From positions 79,807-143,806 of the forward strand of contig JBBRPR010000019.1 of assembly GCA_038227875.1 (NCBI GenBank): 64,000 nucleotides of DNA, read 5' to 3'. Source of the DNA: Planctomycetota bacterium (lineage in GTDB: Bacteria > Planctomycetota > SZUA-567 > H5-PLA8). Made by a program: the position numbers and the translations under genes. Position 1 is the stretch's first letter. Each line of letters starts with the position of its first letter. Below, in pieces: positions 47,448 to 57,799 of this stretch. Below the pieces are notes generated by a model. That model ran no database searches, was not told where the DNA came from, and worked only from the letters and a program-made list of their open reading frames with translations.

Positions 47448-50400
47448 ATGCGTTTTCAACCTGCTCATGTTGTTCTGATTGCCCTGTTGACACTCGCCGG
47501 TGGAATTCGCGCGGCAACCACTGATTATCCCACAATGGGTAACAACCCTGCGCACACAGGATATCAACCCGGCCTGACTGCTGCGCCATTGGTCGCGGGA
47601 TGGTCGGTCCAGGTGGATAGTACGACGCCAACGCCACAGGCACTGCAGCAGCCGTCGATCGCCGGGAACTCGTTATTCGTTACGCCGAGGACTTATTTCG
47701 GCGCCACTTATCTTGCTTCATACAACGTCCAGACCGGTGCTCAGCAGTGGCGTTACACGTTCACCGTTGCCGACAATGTCACCAGCCCGACGTACGATAG
47801 CGGCCGAGTCTACGTCATGCGCTGCAATCACTCGACAGACTCGCAGCTTTGGAGCTTTAATTCATCGACCGGGTTGCCGGTGTGGTCGAGTAGTTACCTA
47901 GTCCAGTGGGATGAGGCACATGCCCCCACTGTGGCCAATGGCGGCGTCTTTGTCATGGGCGGCTCTTACGGCGGAACATACTGTTTCAATCAAACAGACG
48001 GATCTCAACGATTCTTCGCACAACCGATAAGTTATCCGGACTGGTGGGACGAGTGGACACCCACATACAGCAACGGGAAAATGTACGAATGGCAGGGCGG
48101 AAAGTTTGCGGAGCACAACGAAACCACGGGTGCGGTCAATTGGAGCATTGATCTCGGATGGACCTGGAACGGCTGGTCCATGGATACCGATGCGGTCATT
48201 GCCAACGGTGTCGCGTACCTCGTCGGCAGCCCGAACCTGTATGCTGTGAATCTCGCCACGCATACCAAACAGTGGCAGGTCAATGGAAACTATTCAGGAA
48301 CGCCCGTCGTGGCTAACGGGGTGGTTTACGCCATCAATGGTCAGCAAGTGCAGGCCTACGACGCGGCGACAGGCGTCTGGCAAACGAGCTACATCGCCGA
48401 CCAGCCGCTGTATTGGCAGCCGATCGTTACCGATAACATGCTCTACGTTTCCTCCATCGACACCAGCGGTTCCAACAAGCCTGCGACGTATCTTTTCAAT
48501 CTGGGCACCACTGTTCCGGTGCAAAAGATTGCCTATGGTGGAAAAATCAGTGTGGCGGGTGGCAAGCTGTTCATCGGCGGAACGGATGGTTACCTGCGGG
48601 AATTTGAAGCGCCCCAAGTGACGGTCACCGCGACCGACGCCGTTGCCACCGAAGGCTCGGCGAGCGACCTCGGCCAGATTACGGTGTCGCTCTCGCGATC
48701 CTCGTCGACCAATCTGACCATCAACTACGCGCTCACCGGCGTGGTCAACGGCGTCGACATCGCTACTCTTTCGGGATCCGTGAGCATCCTGGCGGGCAAC
48801 CTTTCGGGAACGATCAATATCACGGCGCTTCCCACCGCCGCGTCCAACGATCGCACGCTGACGTTGACGCTGTCAACCGGCGCCGGGTACGGTGTGGGGA
48901 CGACCAGTAGCGCAGCCGTGCAGATTCGCAAGCCACGCCTGGTGCTCAGCGGCATCGGCTCGTCCGTGACCGCGGGCGTGCCTCAGAACTTTAACCTCAC
49001 CGTTGTGGACAGCGCCAATGCCACGTTGACGTCCTTTACCGGACCTGTCACGTTCAGCAGTTCGGATGCTCAGGCCATTGTGCCTGCCAACTACACGTTT
49101 GTGGCCGGCGACAACGGCACACATACGTTTACTAATGGAGTCACGCTCAAGACTGCAGGCTCAAAATCACTGACGGCCGGACTGCTGGGCACGGTCATCA
49201 CCGCCACGCAGTCGATCACTGTCAATCCGGCTGCGGCGAGTAGTTATGTATTAAGCGGACCCACTGTGGTCACGCGGGATGTCGCAGCAAATTTCACCCT
49301 TACGGCTAAAGATCCGTTTGGCAACGTGGCCACCGCTTACGTGGGCACCGCGCACTTCAGCAGTTCCGACGGTGCCGCAACGCTTCCAGCCGATTACACA
49401 TTCACTGGCGGCAACGCGGGCGCGCAGACAGTGGCGGTAACGTTTCACACGGAAGATCGCGCCGGACTGACGTACCTCATTGCAACAGATACCGTGACGG
49501 GATCGATCACCAGTACACTCAGCAACATCACGGTTAATCCGCCGAAACCGACAGTCACTCCAGCCACGCTGCAAAGCACGGCGGCCAGCAACTTCAACTA
49601 CGCGATTGTTGCCAACGAGTCGCCAACATCTTATAGCGCCACGAATCTGCCTTCGGGCGTGACGATCACGGGTAATGTGATTTCAGGATCCGTGAATATT
49701 GCCGGTGTGTATTCCATTACAATGACGGCTGTCAATCCGGGCGGAAGTGGATCGGCCATCCTCACTCTGACCATTAATCCGGGGCCGGCCGAAACGCTAA
49801 CGGTCAAGGGATTCCCCTCGCCCACCCCCTCCGGAGTTTCCGGCGGATTTGATGTCTCGGCCTTGGACCACTATGGCAATATTGCCACGGGCTACAACGG
49901 AACGGTTCATATCAGCAGCACCGACAGTGCCGCGGCGCTCCCCGCGGACTACACGTTCGTCGCATCGGACAAAGGAGCGAAGCACTTCACCGCGACGTTC
50001 AACACCGTCGCCACGCAATCGCTGACCGTGACCGACACCGTCACTGCCTCGATCAACGGAACGCAATCCGGTATTTCGATCACCATGCTGCCGCCGGTCA
50101 TCACCAGCGCGCTAAGTGCCACGGCAACCTTGGGCCAGTTGTTCTCGTATACCATCACCGCCAACGGAAAACCCGTCCCCATCTACGACGCGACTCCGTT
50201 GCCGGACGGGTTGGCGCTGGCGAACGGGGTGATCAGCGGTTCGCCGACGGTGAGCGGCGTAATGATGATCACATTGAAAGCGACCAATTTGGCCGGAGGG
50301 GATGTGAAAGTCCTGACTCTTACGATCATCAAACCCTCGGGCAAATCCAACGCGACACCGCAATTCGCTTCGTTGCCGACGGCGACTCCCAATCCCGCGG

Positions 50401-51071
50401 AGGCCGGAGCGCCGGTATCATTGACGGCAGAAGCCAGCGATGACGATTCCATGCTGCTCTACAGTTGGGACTTCGGCGACGGCACGACGGGAAGTGGCGG
50501 CAGCGTCAGCCATGTGTATGCGAAGGCCGGCATTTACGATGCGCGTGTTACCGTAACGGACGGAGTGGCCACTGCGACGGATACTGTGCGCGTGGCGGTG
50601 AATGGCGCAGCGGCCAGCGCATCCACCAATGCGTCCCAATTCACCATCACCAAAGCGTCGCTCAAGCTGAATTTCTTGAAAGCTGACAACGATGCGCTCT
50701 CTCTTTCCGGAACGCTTCCAGTTCCTTCCGGATTCTCACCAGCGGATTCGGAAATCCTGGTGATGATTGGCGCGTTTGAGGACACGCTGACACTGGATGG
50801 CAAGGGTAAGGGTACCACGCCAATTTCAAGCGTGAAGCTTACGGGAAAACTGGTGGCCGGTGCATATACGTCCAGCCCGGTGAAGTTCACTTACGCATGC
50901 AAGAAGACCGTGCTGATCGACGCCCTGTCCGAATTCGGGGCTACGAATGCCAACGTGACCGGCGTCCGAATCACGCTGCCGGTTATGATCAGCGTGAATG
51001 GGATGACCTACCTCAGCAACTCCAAACTGACCTACACGGCCAAGCAGGGCAAGAGCGGCTCGGCCAAGTAG
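47448..51071 (+). CDS. Large secreted protein: PQQ-like beta-propeller, Ig-like repeats, PKD domain and conserved C-terminal domain
   Basis: Signal peptide, GNNPAHTG, TGAQQW/TGAVNW blades, three copies of FSSSD..A.LPADYTF, YSWDFGDG (PKD). RBS GGAGG. Confidence 0.88.
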   Translation: MRFQPAHVVLIALLTLAGGIRAATTDYPTMGNNPAHTGYQPGLTAAPLVAGWSVQVDSTTPTPQALQQPSIAGNSLFVTPRTYFGATYLASYNVQTGAQQWRYTFTVADNVTSPTYDSGRVYVMRCNHSTDSQLWSFNSSTGLPVWSSSYLVQWDEAHAPTVANGGVFVMGGSYGGTYCFNQTDGSQRFFAQPISYPDWWDEWTPTYSNGKMYEWQGGKFAEHNETTGAVNWSIDLGWTWNGWSMDTDAVIANGVAYLVGSPNLYAVNLATHTKQWQVNGNYSGTPVVANGVVYAINGQQVQAYDAATGVWQTSYIADQPLYWQPIVTDNMLYVSSIDTSGSNKPATYLFNLGTTVPVQKIAYGGKISVAGGKLFIGGTDGYLREFEAPQVTVTATDAVATEGSASDLGQITVSLSRSSSTNLTINYALTGVVNGVDIATLSGSVSILAGNLSGTINITALPTAASNDRTLTLTLSTGAGYGVGTTSSAAVQIRKPRLVLSGIGSSVTAGVPQNFNLTVVDSANATLTSFTGPVTFSSSDAQAIVPANYTFVAGDNGTHTFTNGVTLKTAGSKSLTAGLLGTVITATQSITVNPAAASSYVLSGPTVVTRDVAANFTLTAKDPFGNVATAYVGTAHFSSSDGAATLPADYTFTGGNAGAQTVAVTFHTEDRAGLTYLIATDTVTGSITSTLSNITVNPPKPTVTPATLQSTAASNFNYAIVANESPTSYSATNLPSGVTITGNVISGSVNIAGVYSITMTAVNPGGSGSAILTLTINPGPAETLTVKGFPSPTPSGVSGGFDVSALDHYGNIATGYNGTVHISSTDSAAALPADYTFVASDKGAKHFTATFNTVATQSLTVTDTVTASINGTQSGISITMLPPVITSALSATATLGQLFSYTITANGKPVPIYDATPLPDGLALANGVISGSPTVSGVMMITLKATNLAGGDVKVLTLTIIKPSGKSNATPQFASLPTATPNPAEAGAPVSLTAEASDDDSMLLYSWDFGDGTTGSGGSVSHVYAKAGIYDARVTVTDGVATATDTVRVAVNGAAASASTNASQFTITKASLKLNFLKADNDALSLSGTLPVPSGFSPADSEILVMIGAFEDTLTLDGKGKGTTPISSVKLTGKLVAGAYTSSPVKFTYACKKTVLIDALSEFGATNANVTGVRITLPVMISVNGMTYLSNSKLTYTAKQGKSGSAK

Positions 51072-51146
51072 GTGGCCTATCGCATCAATGCCCGTTGCGA
51101 TGTTTAGGACTGACTTTTTGCATGCACACTTTTATGTTGTTTCTGT

Positions 51147-51485
51147 ATGGCTGATCCCCGGAAATCACCGTCCCGCATCGCCACCATTGTCTTGACGCTG
51201 GTGGCCCTCGGCGTTGCCGCCGTGAACGCCTGGCCGCATCCGCGCGGGATTTACGGTACAGATTTTGGTTGGCCGCTGATTTTGGCTACCTTTGGACCCG
51301 CGTCCAATTTCGATCTACTCGCGCTCATCGTCGATTTGTTGCTCGCGATAGACGTGTTGGTTTTCGCGGGTTCGATACTGATTCCACCGTTTCGCAAGGT
51401 GGCGTTGTTTTGGCTCCCTGTGGTCATGATTCAATTGGTCCTTGCCGCTCTGTTCGGATTAATGCTGCTCTTCATTCACAGGTGA
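51147..51485 (+). CDS. Small hypothetical membrane protein (3 TM)
   Basis: Hydrophobic 112-aa ORF with FGWP motif. Confidence 0.6.
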   Translation: MADPRKSPSRIATIVLTLVALGVAAVNAWPHPRGIYGTDFGWPLILATFGPASNFDLLALIVDLLLAIDVLVFAGSILIPPFRKVALFWLPVVMIQLVLAALFGLMLLFIHR

Positions 51486-51863
51486 AGCAGACCCGCAGTA
51501 GTTGTTACTGACAACATTGCCTACGCTGACAACATCGACTTTTTGCACTGACGAAAAGTGCACACAATTCCACAAACAGCGCGAATTGTGCTGCTGGAAG
51601 TGGCACTTCTGTTGTAGTAATTGGAAGAGCCTGAAGCGTCCGTGTGGTAGTTCATTTTTTGATGTTCAGCCGATTGCACGCGTGGAATTTTCGTCAACGG
51701 CTTGCGTCCGCACTTCTTGCAACGCGGTTGAGAATTTCAGGCGTGAACGACTGTCGCGTCAATTACGCGGTGTGGCCATCGATTTGCAATCTCAGATCGA
51801 ATTCTTTGGATGGGGTGGGCACGAGTATTTCGCGACGATTGTCGCACGTGTGAAAAGGTCCGC

Positions 51864-54194
51864 ATGGAAATCTGCTTCTGCTTTGTCTGCACCAGTAGAA
51901 TTCCCGCCGACGCCTTTGCGTCTGGCGCGGCTATCCACACGGATGAAGGTCGGCACTACTGCGCCACCTGTGCGCCCAAAGCGGCCGCAAAAGCAACCCA
52001 GACCGTCGGCAAGGTTCCGTCTGGAAACTTTTCGCCCGTGCGGGAATCTGGACAGAATTCCAGTGTCACCCGCTTCTACTTCTGTGAAACCTGCAACAAA
52101 CGCATCACCGACAAACAAATTCTCGAGGGCCTCGCCCGCGACAAAAAGATGAAGGGCATTTACTGCAACGAATGCTCGGTCGGCGTGACGACCATGGAAT
52201 TCGATGCCATTACCGAACCCGAACCCCCGCGCAAAAACGTACGCCAATCCGGCGGCAACGTGCGACAATCGGGCGGTCACGCGACTCGCATTGGAACTCC
52301 CCCACCCCGATCCTCAACGGCAAACATAACGCCGGTCAAACGCCAGGACGCACAGCCGGTGAAATCCAGCGCGCACGTCGGCGGACCCGCAAAACCCCAG
52401 TCGCTCGTGTTCGCCGGCGTTGTGATTGCCGTTCTGATTCTGGCCGCGATCGCGCCGAGAGTGCTGCGTTCCGGCACTACTCCGAAGCAGGACGCTTTGA
52501 AGAACGGTTCCGAAGTCGCGCTGGTCCACGACAATGCTCCGGCGCAACCCACACCGCCGTTGCCGTTCGCGAAGGGGCAAAGCGATTCGACGCCTATCCT
52601 GCCAGGAGAACTTGCACCAACTGCCGCGAAGATTGAGTCCGACCCGAAACGCGGGACCACCCCACCCAGCCCACCGGTGGAACTGGTCGCGGCGCCGATC
52701 ATTGACACACCGGTGATCGAAAAAACCGCTGTTGAGAAACCTTCTCCCGTTGCTCTGCCGCCGGACACGACGCCCGAACCCAAAATCAAAGCAGCCGCAC
52801 CCGTTCAGCCCTCAGCAATGGCCAGCGCTACAACCAATCCCACCGCGAACGCGGAATTGCTCGGCAAAGTGCTGCGCATGCTCGGTCAGCGTCAGATCGC
52901 CGACGCGATCGCCCTCGTCCGCGAAAACAAGGATGGGTCGGAGGCTTCCCGGCAGGAATTGGCCACTGCGCTCGACGCGATTCAAAAAGAAGACGCCGAA
53001 TTTCAGAAGAGCCTGACAGCGCTCATCGGCAAACGCATCAAGGTTCAGACCACAAAGGAAATCGCCGAAGGCACACTCAAAACTCTCGACTATCCAGTGT
53101 TGCGGATTGAGAAGAGCATCGCCATCGACGGACAGGCGATGGGCAGCACGCTGGTCGTGATCAACGCCACGGATATCAATGAAGCCTCGCGCGCCGCGAT
53201 TTACCGTCCCGATGCCGACGGCGCCAGCGCGACCAGTCGCGCGTTGCTCGCAATGAGTTCCCAACGAATTGAGGAGGCGCAAGCCGTCGTCCCGCAGATC
53301 AAGGAACCCGGCTTGCGCGACGTTCTGGCGGCGGAACTCAGGCGCCAGCAGGACGCCGACACCGAAACGCGCGCCCAGGCGGCGTGGACCGCGATCACGG
53401 CTCACGCCAAAGATGCCAATACACTCACGCGCGCCAAACAAATGCAGACTGATCTGAACGCCTTCGAAAAGGCTTTCGGCTACTCGGAATTTGGCCAGAC
53501 GCCGGCCGTCGCCGCCGCGTTGGTGGAATTGAAGGAACGCATGTCGCGGATTGCGATGGGCCTGGATCCGCGCCTCCAGAGCTTGTTCAAGGGTCGCATT
53601 GCGTCCTATGATGCGGCCAATTGTATTCTGACGCTTGAATACGACCTCATGACCAAGGATCAGACCAGCGATTTCATCGGCTCCACTTGGGCGCCGCCCG
53701 GCGACCACACCGGTTTGACATGGGCCAAAGGTAAACTGAGCACGTTCTGCAAGTATCCGCTCAACAAGATCCTGCAGATGCCACAGTTTGTCTCCAGTAC
53801 CGTGAATTTTCAGATCGATTATTCGAATCCGCGATGTTCTGCAGGGAATTCCCAAATCGATTTTGGTTTTATGGACGAGAAGGCACTCAACGTTTTGATC
53901 AGATGCGATCGGAAGTGCTGCACCGTTCTTGAAAACGATAAAACTGCTGGATCGGCGCCTACGGATTTTCTGGCTCTCAAGCAGGCGCACCTAGAAATTG
54001 CCTGCCGCGACAAAGCCATCAGTGTGAAATTCAACGGCGCCAGCGTGCTCGACTGCAATCTCTCAAAGTCTCCCAAAAACGCCGGCATCTGGTTCGGCGG
54101 CGGCTGGGATTCCGGCGTAACCGTGACCAAGATGCGGGTCAGTGGTCAGTTGGATCCAGCCTGGCTCACTACTGCTCTGAAATCGGCCAAATAG
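51864..54194 (+). CDS. Hypothetical bitopic membrane protein with two N-terminal CxxC..CxxC zinc fingers
   Basis: MEICFCFVC...YCATC and FCETC...YCNEC, TM LVFAGVVIAVLILAAIA, Pro-rich linker, helical and beta-sandwich-like C-terminus. Confidence 0.8.
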   Translation: MEICFCFVCTSRIPADAFASGAAIHTDEGRHYCATCAPKAAAKATQTVGKVPSGNFSPVRESGQNSSVTRFYFCETCNKRITDKQILEGLARDKKMKGIYCNECSVGVTTMEFDAITEPEPPRKNVRQSGGNVRQSGGHATRIGTPPPRSSTANITPVKRQDAQPVKSSAHVGGPAKPQSLVFAGVVIAVLILAAIAPRVLRSGTTPKQDALKNGSEVALVHDNAPAQPTPPLPFAKGQSDSTPILPGELAPTAAKIESDPKRGTTPPSPPVELVAAPIIDTPVIEKTAVEKPSPVALPPDTTPEPKIKAAAPVQPSAMASATTNPTANAELLGKVLRMLGQRQIADAIALVRENKDGSEASRQELATALDAIQKEDAEFQKSLTALIGKRIKVQTTKEIAEGTLKTLDYPVLRIEKSIAIDGQAMGSTLVVINATDINEASRAAIYRPDADGASATSRALLAMSSQRIEEAQAVVPQIKEPGLRDVLAAELRRQQDADTETRAQAAWTAITAHAKDANTLTRAKQMQTDLNAFEKAFGYSEFGQTPAVAAALVELKERMSRIAMGLDPRLQSLFKGRIASYDAANCILTLEYDLMTKDQTSDFIGSTWAPPGDHTGLTWAKGKLSTFCKYPLNKILQMPQFVSSTVNFQIDYSNPRCSAGNSQIDFGFMDEKALNVLIRCDRKCCTVLENDKTAGSAPTDFLALKQAHLEIACRDKAISVKFNGASVLDCNLSKSPKNAGIWFGGGWDSGVTVTKMRVSGQLDPAWLTTALKSAK

Positions 54195-54360
54195 CAGCAA
54201 CTCGAACACGTTGAATGGCCGTTGGCGCGCCGATTGCCATCTACCTCCGGGTACGCCGCTGAAGGCGCGCGTGTGACGGACTTTTCCATCCTGACGTAGC
54301 CAACTGTGGAAGGTTTCGACACGCATGTGTCGTATTTCCACCGCTCACGGAGTTGCTGCC

Positions 54361-55296
54361 ATGAAGCGATTGAATTTTGTTCTGCCGCTCTTTTTCCTTG
54401 TGTTAATTCCCGCGTCTCACGCTGCCGAGCTCACCGCCGGCGATCACGATTGCAGTCTGAAACACGATGGCCTGGACCGCACGTACCTGCTCCATGTTCC
54501 ACCACAATACGACGGCACCCAAGCACTCCCGCTGGTGATGTTTTTCCACGGCGGGATGGGCACGGCCAAACACGGCGCGGCGGCTTATGGCTGGAACGAG
54601 AAGGCGGACAAGGAAGGTTTCCTTGTCGTCTATGCCAACGGTACGGGCACGTTCCAGACCTGGAACTGCATGCACGGCTGCGGCTCGGCCTTCAAGAACA
54701 ACGTCGACGACGTCGGCTTCGTCAAAGCAATCATCGAGGATCTGAAAACCAAAGCGAAGGCCGATCCCAAGCGAATCTACGCCACGGGCATGTCCAACGG
54801 CGCGATGCTCACGTACCGGCTCGCGGCCGAACTGCCGCAGATCTTCGCCGCGGCCGCACCGGTCGCCGGTACCATCGGCGGCAAGGAAAACGCCGGCGCT
54901 CAGGAAAAGCGCATCCCCCAGCCCGCCAGTCCCGTGGCGATGATCATTTTTCACGGCAAAGCCGACCAGAATGTGCTCTACGATGGCGGAGAAACGAAGG
55001 CTGGCGTCGAACGCGGCCGCATTGACTTGTCCGTCGCCGAAGCCGTGAAATTCTGGGTGAAAGCCGACGGCTGCAGTGCCACGCCGAAAAAGGAAGAGCT
55101 GAACAACGGCAACGTCATCAAGGAAACGTACACCAGCGATGCCGGCGCCGACGTGATTCTCTACTCGATCGTTGACGGTGCGCACGCGTGGCCCGGCGGA
55201 CGGAAGCTGCGGCTCAAGGCCGCCGCCGACGCGTCGCCCAGCATTTCCGCAACAGACCTCGCCTGGGATTTCTTCGCGCACCATTCCAGGAAGTGA
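54361..55296 (+). CDS. PHB depolymerase/LpqC-family secreted esterase
   Basis: Signal peptide, RTYLLHVP, HGG, DDVGFV, GMSNGA, FHGKAD, GAHAWPGG. Confidence 0.92.
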   Translation: MKRLNFVLPLFFLVLIPASHAAELTAGDHDCSLKHDGLDRTYLLHVPPQYDGTQALPLVMFFHGGMGTAKHGAAAYGWNEKADKEGFLVVYANGTGTFQTWNCMHGCGSAFKNNVDDVGFVKAIIEDLKTKAKADPKRIYATGMSNGAMLTYRLAAELPQIFAAAAPVAGTIGGKENAGAQEKRIPQPASPVAMIIFHGKADQNVLYDGGETKAGVERGRIDLSVAEAVKFWVKADGCSATPKKEELNNGNVIKETYTSDAGADVILYSIVDGAHAWPGGRKLRLKAAADASPSISATDLAWDFFAHHSRK

Positions 55297-55518
55297 GCGC
55301 TTTTAACGAGTAGTCTAGTGGGATGGATTCGGTATGCAGCCGCGTGGCTTGCGGCAATTGACGTCGTCGCTGGCCGGTGGGCCGGTGGGCCTGCGCGCAA
55401 AGAGCAAGATTTCGTATGTATTGAGCAATATTTCGTACAACCTCGCTGTTTCATTCTATTTAATATATCCGTATATTCTTATCCTATAGTAGGATCACGT
55501 ACTCTGGAGGCATCTTTC

Positions 55519-56477
55519 ATGAACACTCTGACTTCCCGCGAGCGGTTCCAGCGCATGTTCGAGCATCGCGACGCCGACCGCGTCCCGATTCAGGACTCCC
55601 TCCGCGCTATCCCGTCACGACTCTTGAAGAGACCAGCGAATACAAAATCTATACGACCGCCTGGGGTGCGACGATGAAGCAATGGAGTCATGTCACGTCG
55701 ACGCCCGAGTTTATGGATTTCATCATCAAGGATCCCGACACCTGGCGCCAAGCCAAAGCGCGCATGACGCCAACGCGAGACCGCATCAATTGGCAGCACC
55801 TCAAAAAGAATTATCGCCGTTGGCGCGAAGAGGGCTACTGGATCGAAGGCGGTCTCTGGTTCGGCTTCGACGTCACGCACTCCTGGGCCGTCGGTACCGA
55901 GCGAATCCTGATCGCACTGATTGAAGATCCGGAGTGGTGTATCGACATGTTCAATCATTACCTGGACGTACACCTGGCACTTATGGACATGATCTGGGAC
56001 GCAGGCTATCACTTCGATTGCATCAACTGGCCGGACGACATGGGCTACAAGGATAAGCAATTCTTCTCCATCAATACGTACCGTCAGATCTTGAAACCTG
56101 TCCACAAGCGCGCGGTGGACTGGGCTCACAAGAAAGGAATCAAGGTCCGCTTGCACTCCTGCGGCAACATCAATCCATTTATCAATGAACTGATCGATAT
56201 CGGCATCGACGGCCTTAATCCGCTCGAAGTGAAGGCCGGCATGAATCCCGTGGAATTGAAAAAGCAGTTTGGCGACAAATTGCTCTTCCACGGCGGCATC
56301 AACGCGGTGCTCTGGGATGATCGGCAAGCCATCGAAGAGGAGATGCGACGCGTTATTCCGGCCATGAAAGAAAAGGGCGGTTATATCTTCGCGTCCGATC
56401 ACTCGATTCCGTCAAGCGTCAGCCTGCAGGACTTCAAAGGCATCATCAGCCTGATCAAGGAACTCGGAAAGTACTGA
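55519..56477 (+). pseudogene. Uroporphyrinogen decarboxylase-like (URO-D/MtaA family) gene with 5' frameshift
   Basis: RBS GGAGG then MNTLTSRERFQRMFEHRDADRVPIQDS in one frame. PRYPVTTLEETSEYKIYTTAWGATMKQW...DDMGYK...HSCG...NPLEVKAGM...SDHSIP is in another frame. Junction near 55600. Confidence 0.8.
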
Positions 56478-56532
56478 GCCGGTCCCCAGGCTCCATGCGC
56501 TAATTTTCCAAGACTCGTGCCGTCGCCCTGCA

Positions 56533-57627
56533 TCAGCACTGCACTTGCCCGCGCAGCGGGTGCTGCACATTTTCTACCGCCGATTGATTCAGGCCGATCA
56601 GCTTGATGCCCTTGTCAACGGTGTGCTTGAAAATCTTCTCCATGTCGTTCAAGTGCGGTTGTGAGGTATTGATGGCGGTCAAGCCTCGCATCTCGGACAT
56701 TGCAGCGATGAAGTGATCACCGTGTCCGCAGAAGTGAATGGCGCCGCCTCCGAACCGATCAAACAATTGCTGATCGTAAGGCCTGACATATTCGACATAC
56801 ATCTCCGGAGATAGGTTGGTCAGTGAATCATTGCGAATCATCAAGCGCCCCTTGAGCATCAATCCCCAATGAACATGATGCACGGCGCTGGACGGAACCA
56901 ATGCCAGCCACTTTTCCATAAAGCACATGTATGTTTCAGTCACCAATTGGAGCAATTGCTTCAGCAGTTCCGGCTCGTCATAGATGCCGATAAACATCCC
57001 GCTCCCCCAGATAAGTTCAACCAGATCAATCGGTCCTTGCAGGTCTGGGTGGTAAAGCGCGACGTTTCGATTAAGAACTGGGTGACGCTCAAACACCTCT
57101 AGAAAGCGCTCTGCGCACTCAAATACTCTGGCGCCCAGTCCGGCGCTCAGATCCGGCACGCCGGAGTCCACCAGCGCACGGATTGCGTCGAGCGACGCGC
57201 AGGGATGTGTGGTCGGCAAGGTATTGGTTTCGCGCGGCATGATGAACAGTTCGCATCCGAACAACGACGGAATGATGCCGGTGCCAAAATTACTTCTCAC
57301 GCCCAGGCAATCACCGCTACCTGAGGAAAGCGCGGCCGATACCGCGCCAAACTCGCGCAACAGCATCAGATTCGTGTCTTCAAGTGCGTCATTGATGTTG
57401 ATCGACGGCCATTCCACCCTCGCCGGACTGATGCGACGTCGCGGCGGAGTAAAAATTCCATTCGGAACTTCATCGTCCAGAAATCCCTGCCAGGCACGGC
57501 GATGCATTGCTTCCTGCTTCTCGTCAATCTGCTGTTCAAGATCTTCAAGAAGGCGACTGACCGTTGCCGCCGAAGCGGGACTGGAGGTGTTCATGAGCGA
57601 CTGGGCCTGAGTGGCGGAGATACTCAT
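56533..57627 (-). CDS. URO-D-like/methyltransferase-fold hypothetical protein
   Basis: NFGTGIIPSLFG, DLQGPID, IYDEPE, DSLTNLSPEMYVEYVRPYDQ, IHFCG. RBS AGGAG. Confidence 0.78.
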   Translation of the reverse strand: MSISATQAQSLMNTSSPASAATVSRLLEDLEQQIDEKQEAMHRRAWQGFLDDEVPNGIFTPPRRRISPARVEWPSININDALEDTNLMLLREFGAVSAALSSGSGDCLGVRSNFGTGIIPSLFGCELFIMPRETNTLPTTHPCASLDAIRALVDSGVPDLSAGLGARVFECAERFLEVFERHPVLNRNVALYHPDLQGPIDLVELIWGSGMFIGIYDEPELLKQLLQLVTETYMCFMEKWLALVPSSAVHHVHWGLMLKGRLMIRNDSLTNLSPEMYVEYVRPYDQQLFDRFGGGAIHFCGHGDHFIAAMSEMRGLTAINTSQPHLNDMEKIFKHTVDKGIKLIGLNQSAVENVQHPLRGQVQC

Positions 57628-57799
57628 CTTTGGATCTCCTGACTGGAGGGCGAGCACTATTTATGGCAATGAGTGTCGTATGAACTACAGGGAATGAAAT
57701 GGACGATGCTATCTAAGACTTGCACTATTTGATCATTACTCGCGACGATAAAGCGATCTTTGCATCTTTAATGTCATCGGGCGATTGCTTTGAATTGGG

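Noticed and set aside
48990..50080. Internal DNA repeats in the 1207-aa gene as diversity-generating or recombination cassettes
   Set aside because: They correspond to three diverged Ig-like protein repeats. No reverse transcriptase or near-identical template/variable pair is present.
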